Below are positions 12,840 to 23,145 of a stretch of DNA of 40,180 nucleotides, piece after piece. The notes under the pieces were generated by a model. That model was given only the letters and a program-made list of their open reading frames with translations, made no database searches and was not told the origin of the DNA. The translations under genes were made by a program, and so were the position numbers. Each line of letters begins with the position of its first letter. The first letter of the stretch is position 1. Source of the stretch: Octopus bimaculoides (taxonomy: Eukaryota). The stretch is taken from the NCBI RefSeq assembly GCF_001194135.2, contig NC_068982.1, forward strand, positions 38,445,330-38,485,509, in the 5' to 3' direction.

Positions 12840-13460
12840 AAATTTACGTGACTCGATCGAAGTACGTACAGAACCAGAAGAAGAAACAGCTAAGAAGAAT
12901 TCCAACTGGATCTGGTCAAGCAGGAAGAGAAGTGAATTTCAAAAGCATAATTTACCCTAAATCAACTAACGTCTTCAAATGAACAGGTTACAACACCAAG
13001 ATATCGTGGATCGGAGCACCTTAAATGTAGACAACGATACATAATGTGGAAGCAGAGGGACCTAGATGCGACCCCCTTAGCGTATAAAGAATTAAGGGCC
13101 GAAAAACCTGCGTGTGTAGATCTTACTATTACTTGACACCGGTTCCACACAGTTCTCTCCCCTTAGTTTATGAAATTCTCTTGGCGTGTTTATACTTCTT
13201 GATCGCGTAACTTTGTTTATATAATATTAAATCTCAATGTGAATAATGTCAAAATCATTTTGCTTTAGTCTGATTAGTCTTTAAAGGTATGAAATCATTT
13301 TTAATTTTTCTTTCATTTAAATAACTGATATGCATTGAAATAATATTAACTATTTTATATGAGGAAGTTTTAGGGTCTGTCTCAAGTTCCACTTTGTAAG
13401 GATTAAAGTTGTAATGGTTAATTAAACCTGACACGGTCTTTTAATGGTAGTTATTTTATC
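12840..13460. promoter_or_regulatory. CpG-rich putative promoter region of IBA57, possibly bidirectional
   Basis: About 16 CpGs by eye in 12840-13210 against a strongly CpG-depleted background; lies just upstream of the best splice donor for an IBA57 5'UTR exon. Confidence 0.5.
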
Positions 13461-13544
13461 GGTTCATTCGAGATAATAAGCTGTATCAATTTTCGTGAGA
13501 GTTGATCTTTACATCTTGTTATTGACGCTTAAAACTGTTTTAAG
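13460..13544 (+). other. IBA57: Probable non-coding first exon of IBA57 (start approximate)
   Basis: Strong donor taag|GTgagt at 13545; the first coding exon starts AG|ATG, so an upstream exon is required. Confidence 0.55.
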
Positions 13545-13614
13545 GTGAGTGAATATATAAGATGGTCAGATACATGGTGTTCTGAAGGACATAGCGACAT
13601 ATGAAAACCGGTTT

Positions 13615-14274
13615 CGGCGGAACCCTGGTTTAAGCACCCTGTATAACTCCTCATAGTTTTTTTTATATTTTGGAATTTTTATAAAAGTTTTGTGAATTTG
13701 TTTCCTACTCACGGGAATTCTTACAACTATGCAAAAACAAAACAAAATAATTTTTAGGCGTGTGATTTAAGTGCTATTTGTTTGTTATTTCTAGCATATC
13801 TCACGACCACCTACCTTTCGTTTCTTTGTCGCTGACATGTATTGATGTTTTCTATTATTTTTCTCCCAAATAAACACATTTAATGGTCCAAACTAAAATT
13901 TCGGACTGTCCGTATTTTAAATTTGGATTTTAAGGACATAGAAAAATTGAAATTTAGGGTTACGGTTAGGGTTAGGGACAGAATTCCCTAAAATTCCCTA
14001 ACCCTAACACCCTAACCGTAACCCTGACCCTAAACCCTAACCCTAACCCTGACCCTAAAACCCTAACTCTAACACCCTAGTGAAAATCGTGCGGGTGTTA
14101 ATCTGAAAATTTACCAAATTTTTTTTAACTGGTATATTTTTTAAAAAATGTTTTGTTTTCATATCGTATGAATTCCTGAGTGTAGAACGCAAATTCGAAA
14201 ATAAATTCTGAAAATTCCCCAAACTAATAAAGTTATGAGGAGTTATATGGGGTGCTTAAAACAGAATTCCACCG
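13615..14274. mobile_element. 660-bp non-autonomous element with ~140-bp imperfect terminal inverted repeats
   Basis: cggcggaaccctggtttaagcaccctgtataactcctcata vs reverse complement of tatgaggagttatatggggtgcttaaaacagaattccaccg; pairing continues through gaattc..aaaacaaaaca; no clear TSD. Confidence 0.8.
13954..14080. repeat. Inverted interstitial telomeric-type repeats: 4 TTAGGG-like units then ~14 CCCTAA-like units
   Basis: TTAGGG TTACGG TTAGGG TTAGGG-acagaatt-CCCTAA...CCGTAA CCCTGA...CCCTAG. Confidence 0.92.
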
Positions 14275-14467
14275 TTAATTGTTATTGTGACCCCTACCAA
14301 ATATGTTGAATGCCACTTTCTTTTGTTTGTCCACTTACTCGTGCAGTTAAAATTTATTGCTCAATTGTGAAGCTGACTTAACTTCAAAACTCTATTTACT
14401 TCAATATTTAATGATTCAGTGAGAATTCTCTGAGAAAAGTGATTGGATTGGGGCTTGTAAAATTAAC

Positions 14468-14630
14468 TACTCTCTGAGTGGTTGGCGTTAGGAAGGGCAT
14501 CCAGCTGTAGAAACTCTGCCAAATCAGATTGTTGGCTGGTGTTGCCATCCGGTTTCACCAGTCCTCAGTCAAATCGTCCAACCCATGCTAGCATGGAAAG
14601 CGGACGTTAAACGATGATGATGATGATGAT
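14468..14630 (+). mobile_element. 5'-truncated (GAT)n-tailed retroposon, young
   Basis: Matches 45-208 except 4 clustered mismatches; CpGs intact. Confidence 0.9.
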
Positions 14631-15239
14631 TGTTCCTTTATGTATTATTGTTGTTGTTATTGTTTTGAAAGCCAAAATATTTTAAAAATCCAAAAGAAAA
14701 ATCCAAAAGAAAAACTCAACAACACATTTTCAATGTAAACTAAAATATCACACTCACAACCTCAACTGCAATCATACTGGCTACTGACTGACAAAAAACA
14801 GAAACTCAAGGAAAGCCCATATATGTAATATAGTGAAGTGAAAAACGTCAACCAACTTAGACTATCCACGTTATTAGTATACAAAAACTCTTCCAAGAAG
14901 TATTTAAAATCTCACATGCCTGACCATATCCATATCTAAAGAGTAAACAGAACAGGTGAAAAGTTTTAGCATTATATTTTTTTCGCCCACTTTCTCAGGT
15001 TTTCAGTCTAAATGATGACCATAAACATAAGTATATAAATGTGTGTTGTTTTCATGCTTTAAAAATCCAAGTCAGAGCATTTAAAATTTTACAGAAATAT
15101 TCTTTCATACTCTGAATTCTTTATGGACTGTTTCTTAGTGTTTGTACATGGATTGTGTCAAAAGTTAATGTAAAAGTGAGTGTAACTATATTAACTAGCA
15201 TAAGTTGTTCAAATTGCACATATTGTTAGAATAAGTCTT

Positions 15240-15850
15240 CTTCATTGCAGGCAGATAATAGATCCAACATAAGAAATGTACTGTTATCAAGTTCTTGATG
15301 AAGGAGGTGTGCTGGCTGTCCAACATCTACAGGTTGTTTATGGAAATGATACCACTGACAATAACAATGTGCACAGATGAGTGAACTATAATTGAAGACA
15401 AACCATGCAGTGGAGGACCAGCAACTGGTATCACTAAAACAAATTACCAGTGAATGAATAGATTCGCACAGACAGAGGACTCATAGTGAGTTTCCCTGCA
15501 AAACTGATCTGTGATCGCAATGCATTACAGTAAATGGTGGAAGACTTTGGGTATTGAAAAGTGTGTGTGCAAAGTGAGTATCACAGTAGCTGACACTCTA
15601 TTTAAAGAAGAATAGGGTGGAAGTTTGCTCTGCTTTGTTGGAAGTGTTTGAAGCCAATGAAGAATTTTTGTTCCCATCTGATGACAAAGTATGAAATGCG
15701 GGGATATCTTTATGATCCAGAAACAAAGGTTCAGTTCATGGAATGGTGTTACTCCTTTCCTCCAAAGCTTGAGAAGTTGAAGAGCCAGCAATCAGTACAA
15801 AAAATTATGGTGACTTTTTTTTTTTTTTGCATCATTCTCCCTGATTTTCT
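15240..15850 (+). pseudogene. Degenerate mariner transposase relic
   Basis: YLYDPETKVQFMEW..KLKSQQSVQKIMVTFF resembles mariner YDPETKxQSxEW..SAGKVMxTVFW; upstream VIKFLMKEG / VYGND / IEDKPCSGGP fragments. Confidence 0.85.
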
Positions 15851-16184
15851 GTAACATCGTTGTTCATAGTGCTGTCCTAAGGCATCTAGGGACTCAGTTC
15901 TAATGTATGTATGCTGTGCTTTGCTTTCTGTAAATAAACAATTTATGGTTCAGTGCATTCATCTGCCCAGGGGCTTATAATGTTGCTAGGATGGCTCTGG
16001 TTGTATCGTGAACAACAAGCAGTACATTTAGACACTAAAAAAGCTTAGAAGCTTTTTCAGTGAATGTACTGGGCCTTATAGCATTTATTGACAGCAAAGC
16101 ACAAAATGGAAAAATGAATGTAAAACAAATATGTGTGTGTGCATAGCATATATATATAGGTGCATGCATGGCTGCATATAGGCA

Positions 16185-16520
16185 CAGGCTATGTCTGTGT
16201 GGTAAGAAGCTTGCTTTCCAACCACATGTATCTGGTTTTGGCCTACTGCTTGGCCAAAACTTTGTGAGTGGATTTGGTAGACAGAAACTAAAAGGAGCCT
16301 GTTGTATGTATATATCTGTGAGTGTCTTTATATCTGTGTTTGTTCCCCCACCACCATTTGACAACTGGTGTTGGTGTGTTTATGTCCCCGTAACTTAGCG
16401 GTTTGGCTAAAGAAATCTACAGAATAAGTACCAGGCTTAAAAAAACGGTACTGGGGTCGATTCATTCGACTAAAATTCTTCAAAGTGGTACCCCAGCATG
16501 GCCACAGTCTATCGACTAAA
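16185..16520 (+). mobile_element. tRNA-derived SINE, family 'B' (central microsatellite, aataagtacc-type tail)
   Basis: gtggtaagaagcttgctttccaaccacatg head; ttgtgagtggatttggtagacagaaact core. Confidence 0.85.
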
Positions 16521-16768
16521 ACAGGAAAAAATAGAAGTATAAGATCTATAAGTTTATATAATGCATCCTTTATGTAAGTTACTACAATACTATTTAAATG
16601 AAACAGAGTTACTGTTTCTAATGAGTCAAGCAGCATCAATTGATGGTAGATTTGTATAGGGGAAAATATGCTTGAGAATTCATATAACTGTGATAACACT
16701 CAAGATTAAGGTGAACAGCAATAAACAGATAAAGAAAAAATCCACCTATATCTGTTTTGAGTGTTTAA

Positions 16769-16988
16769 CCCTTTAGCATTCAGAATATTCTATCAAATGT
16801 AATGCTTATCTATTCACATTGTTTTGAATTAAGCATGCATTATCTCATATCTTTGTGAGTTCAATGATGTGATTGTTTATTTTTAAAATAACATTGTAGG
16901 GTAGGTGTGAGAACCTGGATCTGCTCAGTTTGAACGTAAAACAGATGGAATATTTTGACTGGATATGGCCAACTTAAATGCTAAAGGG
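16769..16988. mobile_element. 220-bp piggyBac-type MITE, copy 1
   Basis: TTAA on both sides (16765-68, 16989-92); 12-bp perfect TIR ccctttagcatt/aatgctaaaggg. Confidence 0.9.
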
Positions 16989-17039
16989 TTAAGGTTTGAT
17001 AATTCTGCTTTAATAAATGCATCTTAATGTGTTTACTTT

Positions 17040-17420
17040 TACTTGTTTCAGTCATTAGACTGCGGCCATCTGGAGTACCCCCTTGAAGAATTTTAGTCAA
17101 ATAAATCAACTCCAGTATTTGTTTTTTTAAGCCTGGTACTTATTCTACTGATCTCTTTTGCTGAGGAATTTTAGTTGAACTAATCAACTTCTTTCTCTTT
17201 TTAAGCCTGGTACTTACTCTATTGGTGTCTTTTGCCAAACTGCTAAGTTACAAGGGCATAAACACAACAACACTAGTTGTCAATTGGTGGTGGGTGATAA
17301 AGACAGACACACACACACATATGATGGACTTCTTGCAATTTCTATCTACTAAATCCACTCACAAGACTTTGGTTTTCCTGAAGCTATAGTAGAAGACAGT
17401 TGCCCAAGGTACTGGAGCTA
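17040..17420 (-). mobile_element. Family-B SINE, reverse orientation
   Basis: ttgtttcagtcattagactgcggccat...aaatccactcacaagactttgg...gaagacagttgcccaagg. Confidence 0.85.
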
Positions 17421-17654
17421 AGCAAAAACATCCTTTTTAGGTGCATATTAATTTTCTTTGCTAAGAATAAAGAGAAAAAAGATATGGTCAAATGAATAAA
17501 AAGGTTTAAGAAATGCTGTTTTCTGTGAAATATTAGTAGTTCAAGTGATGTTTCCTGTAAAATATTGTTATATCATATATTTGTATTATTTCTTTTATGT
17601 TTTATTTTTTATTGATACGTTTCATATTTTGTCTTTTTTCATTTTTCTTTCTAG

Positions 17655-18164
17655 ATGCTTCAGAAATTCACCTCACTGTCTATGAAACCATTTTTGAAAA
17701 AAGTTCCCATATCTTCAGCTATTAATTGTTGTTCATATTCAGTATTTAAATCTTTACAAATAACCCCCAGAAAGCTTTTAGAAACAAATTTAGCTAATTT
17801 TCATTCGAGGCATTTGTCATATTTATCTGAAGAATATTTCTTAAGTTATTCAAATGCTTTCTTTAGAAGATGCTTTCCAAAAAGCTCCAGTGGTTTCAGG
17901 GCATCTCGTTTATTTTGTAATCAAATAGTTAATAGGTGTAAGATTGATCATAGAATAAAATCACATCCATTTACCTCAGATGTAGTGAATTCTTCAGTTA
18001 AAAAGCTGGATAATGTTAAACTGTTTCATCTGAAATCTCGGAGCTTAATTCACCTTGTTGGCACAGATACTTCTAGTTTTTTACAAGGCCTTATTACAAA
18101 TGATATGCAGCAGTTTCAGAATGACAATAAAAGAACAATGTATGCCATGATTTTGAATGTTCAG
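17655..18164 (+). CDS. IBA57: IBA57 coding exon 1 (mitochondrial presequence-like region + start of GcvT/YgfZ fold)
   Basis: ctAG|ATG at 17653-17657; RSLIHLVGTDTSSFLQGLITNDM motif; cag|GTaaga at 18165; 510 nt, phase 0. Confidence 0.93.
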
Positions 18165-18209
18165 GTAAGACTTTATTTCAAATGTAATTTTGTCTGCGTT
18201 TATGATAGG

Positions 18210-18690
18210 CACAAGTATTGCCGTGTTGTTAAGAAGTTTGGTTCCCAACCATGTAGTCTTGAGTTCAGTCCTTTTGCATGGCATCTTAGGCAAGTGGCCG
18301 ACACTTCTTTATGCAGCTGTCTTCATTCATACGCATCACATGTCCAAACCAATGTAGTCTTCTCTCTTGCATGCTGCATCTGATACCTCTTATGCCCTGT
18401 TATATTTAATCCATGGCCAGCCAAAAGCCTTGTAAGTGGACTTGGGAAATCGAAAGTAAAAGAAGCCCATTGTATGTGTGTATGTATGTGTTTATACATA
18501 CACACACATATATAACAATATGATTTCCATCTATCAAATCTACTCACAAGGCTTTGCTAAAGACACTTAGTAAAAGGCCATAAGGTCATAATAAAAGACA
18601 CTTGCTCAAAGTGCCATGCAGTGGGATTGAACCTGAAACCATGTGGCTAGCAAGTGAACTTTTTGAACCGCACAACCATGCCTGTGCCTA
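18210..18690. mobile_element. Two family-B SINE fragments, + (18210-18480) then - (18520-18690)
   Basis: gttgttaagaagtttggttcccaaccatg head; reverse copy ending gaacctgaaaccatgtggctagcaag. Confidence 0.8.
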
Positions 18691-18805
18691 TTTCACAAGA
18701 AATATATCTTTTGGCAATATTTATTGTCAAAAAAGAAAATAAAGCAAATAGAAAGTAGATAATTTATTAAAAAACAACAACAAACTTATCAAAATGATGT
18801 GTTAA

Positions 18806-19025
18806 CCCTTTACCATTCAGATTACTTTGTCAAATGTAATGCTTATTTATTCACATTGTTTTTAATTAATTGTGCATTATCTCATAATTTTGAGATTTCA
18901 ATGATGTGATTGTTTATTTTTAGAATGACATTGCAGGGTAGGTGTGAGAAGCTTTATCTGGCCAGTTTGAGCATCAAACCGATAAAATATTTGGGCTAGA
19001 TACAGACAGTTTAAATGCTGAAGAG
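18806..19025. mobile_element. 220-bp piggyBac-type MITE, copy 2
   Basis: TTAA at 18802-05 and 19026-29; same length and orientation as copy 1; slightly decayed TIRs. Confidence 0.88.
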
Positions 19026-19129
19026 TTAAACTATGACAAAAATAACTTAATTATATGTTATATTATAGAAACTGCAGAAGATGACATTGGGTTATTCCTG
19101 ATGAATGATATTTTACTCAATATTTTCAG

Positions 19130-19258
19130 GGCCGCATTCTCTATGACATTTTTATCTATGCTCTTCCTAACCAATCTTCAGATTTCTTCCTGGAATGTGA
19201 TACCAGCATTATTAATGATTTAATAAAACTCCTAAAGAGATACAAAATTAGGAAAAAG
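19130..19258 (+). CDS. IBA57: IBA57 coding exon 2 (GRILYDIFIY...LKRYKIRKK)
   Basis: ttttcAG at 19128-29, GTatgt at 19259; GR(I/T)LYD and RYKIR motifs; phase 0/0. Confidence 0.95.
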
Positions 19259-19489
19259 GTATGTGCTTTGTATATGTCTAATTTTTAAAAATTACCATCA
19301 AACAACACTTGTAAAATTATTTTCTAGTGATGACATTAAGAAGAGCATCCAGCCATAGAAACCATGCCAAAACAGACAGTAAAGCTTGACACCATCTTCT
19401 GGTTCACCAACTGCTATCAAAATGTCCAACCCATGCTAGCATAGAAAGCAAATGTTAAATATGATCATCATCATCATCATCCACAGCTA

Positions 19490-19705
19490 CTAGGAGGTGC
19501 TGAAAAGTTCCTGGCTTTAGGTAAAAAAAATACAGAAAGATCAGTTAATTATGATTTTATCCAGCATGTTTACCTCTCAGATTCACACACTTATTCCAGC
19601 AGTCCTTTGTGTTTTTAAAGTTCTGTACAAGAACTTGGAAGGCTGGGCCTCCAACCAGGCCTTTCACAACACCCTTAAAGCCAGGAACTTTTCAGCACCC
19701 CTTCA
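19490..19705. mobile_element. 216-bp mariner-type MITE
   Basis: TA on both sides; 24-bp perfect inverted ggtgctgaaaagttcctggcttta. Confidence 0.9.
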
Positions 19706-20169
19706 TACTTAGAAATTTTCATTATTGCTTGATTAGTGAAATCTGCAGGCTCGCATGCAATTAAAACTAGTTCTATATCCTCTTTTAAATATGGTGCTTC
19801 TTTGTGTGTATGTGTGTGCATGCATTTGTGTAAGTGTGTGTGTGTGTAAAGATGCAAGATATAATTATTTTGAAGTATTTTGATAAAATGTATGTAGGGG
19901 AGTATTAACATGATATGTTAACATGGAGTTTGAAAAATAGTAAGCTAGTGAGTTGTGAGCTTTTATAGAAGAGAAAATATTTCTACAAAGTTATACTGCG
20001 CAGAAAAAAGTATTGCATGATGACTTTAAGGCAAGCAACATTGTGTGAATGGCTCTAAATAAGAAGATTGATGCAACGGGGGTGGGAGTAAGAGGAAGGT
20101 GTAGCAAACAGACTTTGAAGAATAGAGTTCATTATAGCAGAAGAAACACAAACATGAATTCCACTTATT

Positions 20170-20326
20170 TATAATCAAAGTGGGTGTTGTGGTTTTGGTT
20201 CAATCCTATTATGAGGTACCTTGGGTAAGTAAGTGTCTTCTAATATAGCCCTGGGCCAACCAAAACCTTGTGAGTGGATTTGGTTGATGTAAATTGAAAA
20301 AAGTTAATCCTCTCTCTCTCTCTCTC

Positions 20327-20379
<53 letters not shown>

Positions 20380-20600
20380 GATGATGATATATATGTGTAT
20401 GTGTGTTTGTGTGAACCTTGTCTAGACATCACGTAACTGTTGTAAATGAGCATGATCATCACACAAGCAATGTTGTTTGTTTCTACTCTTCCATCAAAAA
20501 CCTATCTACCTATGGGGAAATATTACCTTTTTTGGAAACAGGTGACAGCAAGGCCATCTGGCCATAGAAAATCTGCCTGAACAAATACCATTTGCTAGTA
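20170..20600 (+). mobile_element. Family-B SINE head + (TC)n(TA)n microsatellite + ggggaaatattacc-type tail
   Basis: ccttgtgagtggatttgg core; microsatellite ~20310-20410; tail shared with 21760, 22170 and 25835 copies. Confidence 0.8.
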
Positions 20601-21158
20601 TTTTGTAAGTCAATACATATAAATATTATAATCCTTGAAAAGGATTTTCTTTCTACATTCGGATTTCATTTTGTTTAATAACAAAACATCTGCATGAACA
20701 TAAGATAAAACTTTAAAACTTGTTTATAGAATAAAGTTTTTATAGTAATGCTATTTATGAACTTGCTTCTATTGCTGCATTGTAACTTTTTATAATTACA
20801 TTCATCATTATCATCATTATCATTATTTAACATCTGCTTTCCTTGCTGGCCTGCATTGGACATTGTCCAACTCTAGAGCCTTACAAACTATATTTATATA
20901 TCACTCTTTAAGCTTACAGTTTAGATGCAGTGTAATGTTATCATTGATCAAACCGCAGTTTTGAGTGATGAAAATTTTGACATCATATTACAAGCAATAA
21001 ATTTTTAAGTGCAGTTAATAGACTTTGAATGTTTCTGAATGGCTAATATGTCTTCCACACTGTGATCACTTTTTATAAAAGTCAACTGAAATATTATGAC
21101 ATCTAAGTTAATGAAGAAGTATATGATATTTACATTTATATGTTTCTATTTTTAAAAG

Positions 21159-21330
21159 GTTTCTGTTGAAAATACTGAAGATAAGTTTCAAGTATGGGCT
21201 TCATTTAGTCCTCCTTTAGCACTTTCAAACTTCTTGTCATCTGAAAAGGATTCAAAGGTTGAAATTTGTGAGCCTGATCCTAGAGTTCAAGACTTTGGTT
21301 CCAGATTAATTTTACCTCATGATACTTCTT
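21159..21330 (+). CDS. IBA57: IBA57 coding exon 3 (VSVENTEDKFQVW...DPRVQDFGSRLILPHDTS)
   Basis: AG at 21157-58, GTaagt at 21331; DPR motif; phase 0/1. Confidence 0.93.
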
Positions 21331-21504
21331 GTAAGTTAAACTGATAATTATTTTATGATACATTTTGAAAATAGCTTAGGAATAAATAACTATTTGAGAA
21401 AAGTAAGGTAACATCTGATTTTTCTTCCAGCAATGAATAAACCATGAAAAACTGTCAGTTCACACACAATTTATATTTAGGTTCATACATAATCTATATA
21501 ATAG

Positions 21505-22340
21505 ATGCAGGTGTGGTTGTGTGGTTTGAAGTTTGCTCTTCAACCACATGATTTTGGGTTCAGTCCCACTGTAAGGCACTTTGGGCAAGTGTCTTTTATC
21601 TTCACTCCAGGCCAACGTCCAGCTTGTGGATTTGGTAGGCGGAAACTGAAAGAAGCTTTTATATATATATATAGCATGGAAGACAGACATTAAACAATGA
21701 TGATGATGATGATGATGATGATATTTACAAATATATGTGTGTGCTTGTTTGTGTGTGTTACTATCTCTTTACCTTGACATTGTATGATAGTTGTCGCTGT
21801 TACACAAGTGCCCTTAGTTTACAATCTTATAAGAAATGTCTGGTCATAGGGAAATATTACCTTACTTGGAAACAAATGATGGTTGGTGACAGGAAGGGCA
21901 TCTACCTCAAAACGTTCTATCCGACCCATGCAAGCATGGAAAAGTGGATGTTAAACAATGATGATGATGATGATGATATTCCTGTCATTGTTCATATTTG
22001 TTATAATTCACAACCATTTGAATACTACACCCATCATTCATCCTCTATGACTTCTCTATTCCTTACTGCTCTTATCATTCATCTGTCTATCACCTATGTC
22101 TCTGTTTCTCCTGCCTTTATTATTCATGCCTCTTGTGCTCATGTCATACAAGCAACATCATTCATTTCCATTTCCAATATTTTGTGAGAACAAGTCTGGC
22201 CATGGGGAAATATTACCTTGCTTGAAAACAGGCAAGAATTGGTGACAGTAAGGGCATCCATAAAGAAAATCTGCCTCAATAAACGCCATCTGACCAATGC
22301 AAGCATAGCATAGTGGATGTTAACTTGATAATGACTGATG
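21505..22340 (+). mobile_element. Stacked SINE fragments with (GAT)n tails
   Basis: B-type head at ~21505; ggggaaatattaccttg tails at ~21850 and ~22205; (GAT)n runs at ~21700, 21960, 22335. Confidence 0.75.
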
Positions 22341-22749
22341 ATGGGATTTAATTGAGTGATAAAATCCAAAAATTAAAACCACAGGGAAACTTGAAATAAA
22401 TTTCATTTAATGTTGTGTTTTAAATTTAATTTTCTTACTTAAAACATTGAAAAGCATGGTTTATTTTTCTCATTTGTATAATGTTGTGATATAAATTATG
22501 TTGTCATTGGGTAAAAGTCATCTATTGTCATTTAATGAATCACTTTGTTTAAGTACATTAACTATTATTTATCATATTTAAATAAAATCTGCTGTTCTTG
22601 CCTATGATTTTATTTCTATTCACCAAATGAACAGCCAAGAAATCTGGCGTTAGAATATCTTATTCTCTATTCCACTAACAACTTTTTATTAATCGCTTTT
22701 ATTCTTTAGAAGTTGGCTACAATTGTAATACAGATTTAAACCTATGACT

Positions 22750-23000
22750 TGGCTTTAATTTCCAGTTAGCATCCTTACCCATGCCAATGCCACATAAAAG
22801 CACCTGTACCAGTGCCATGTAAAAGGCACTCAGCACACTCTGTAAAGTGACTGATGTTAGGAAGGGCATAGAAAAATAAGCCAAATCAGATAAGCACCTG
22901 GTACTGCTCTCCTGTTTGCCAGCTCTGGTCATACTGTCCAACCCATGCCACCATGGAAAATGGTTGTTAAATGATGATGATGATAATGATAATGATGATG
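22750..23000 (+). mobile_element. (GAT)n-tailed retroposon 3' end, older copy
   Basis: taggaagggcat...actgtccaacccatgccaccatggaaaatgg..ttaaatgatgatgat. Confidence 0.75.
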
Positions 23001-23010
23001 AAACGGTAAA

Positions 23011-23145
23011 TTGGCAATAGGTGGTGGGTTGGCAATAAGTACTGAGTTGGCAATAGTCAGTGAGCTAGAAACAGTTAGTGAGTTGGTAATAGGTGGCAAG
23101 CTGGCATATTGACAGTGAAGTGGTAGTAGGTGAATTGGCACAGTT
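23011..23145 (+). repeat. Degenerate 18-bp minisatellite (ttggcaatag..gtgag), ~7 units
   Basis: Units start at 23011, 23029, 23047, 23065, 23083, 23101; runs into a degenerate family-A SINE (~23130-23280). Confidence 0.75.

Noticed and set aside
12945-12970. accctaa as a telomerase RNA template
   Set aside because: Only 7 nt, less than the ~1.5 repeats expected; no recognisable pseudoknot or H/ACA end.
13954-14080. Telomere-telomere chromosome fusion scar
   Set aside because: Array is short, lies inside transposon-like inverted arms within an intron, and has a mirrored variant better explained by fold-back duplication. Not formally excluded.
15670-15710. ctgatga..gaaa as a hammerhead ribozyme core
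   Set aside because: No stem II pairing; the sequence is part of the mariner relic.
18165-18383. 73-codon read-through of IBA57 exon 1 (242-aa ORF)
   Set aside because: Strong donor at 18165; the extension is mostly SINE-derived and ends ACCI, which is not a CaaX box.
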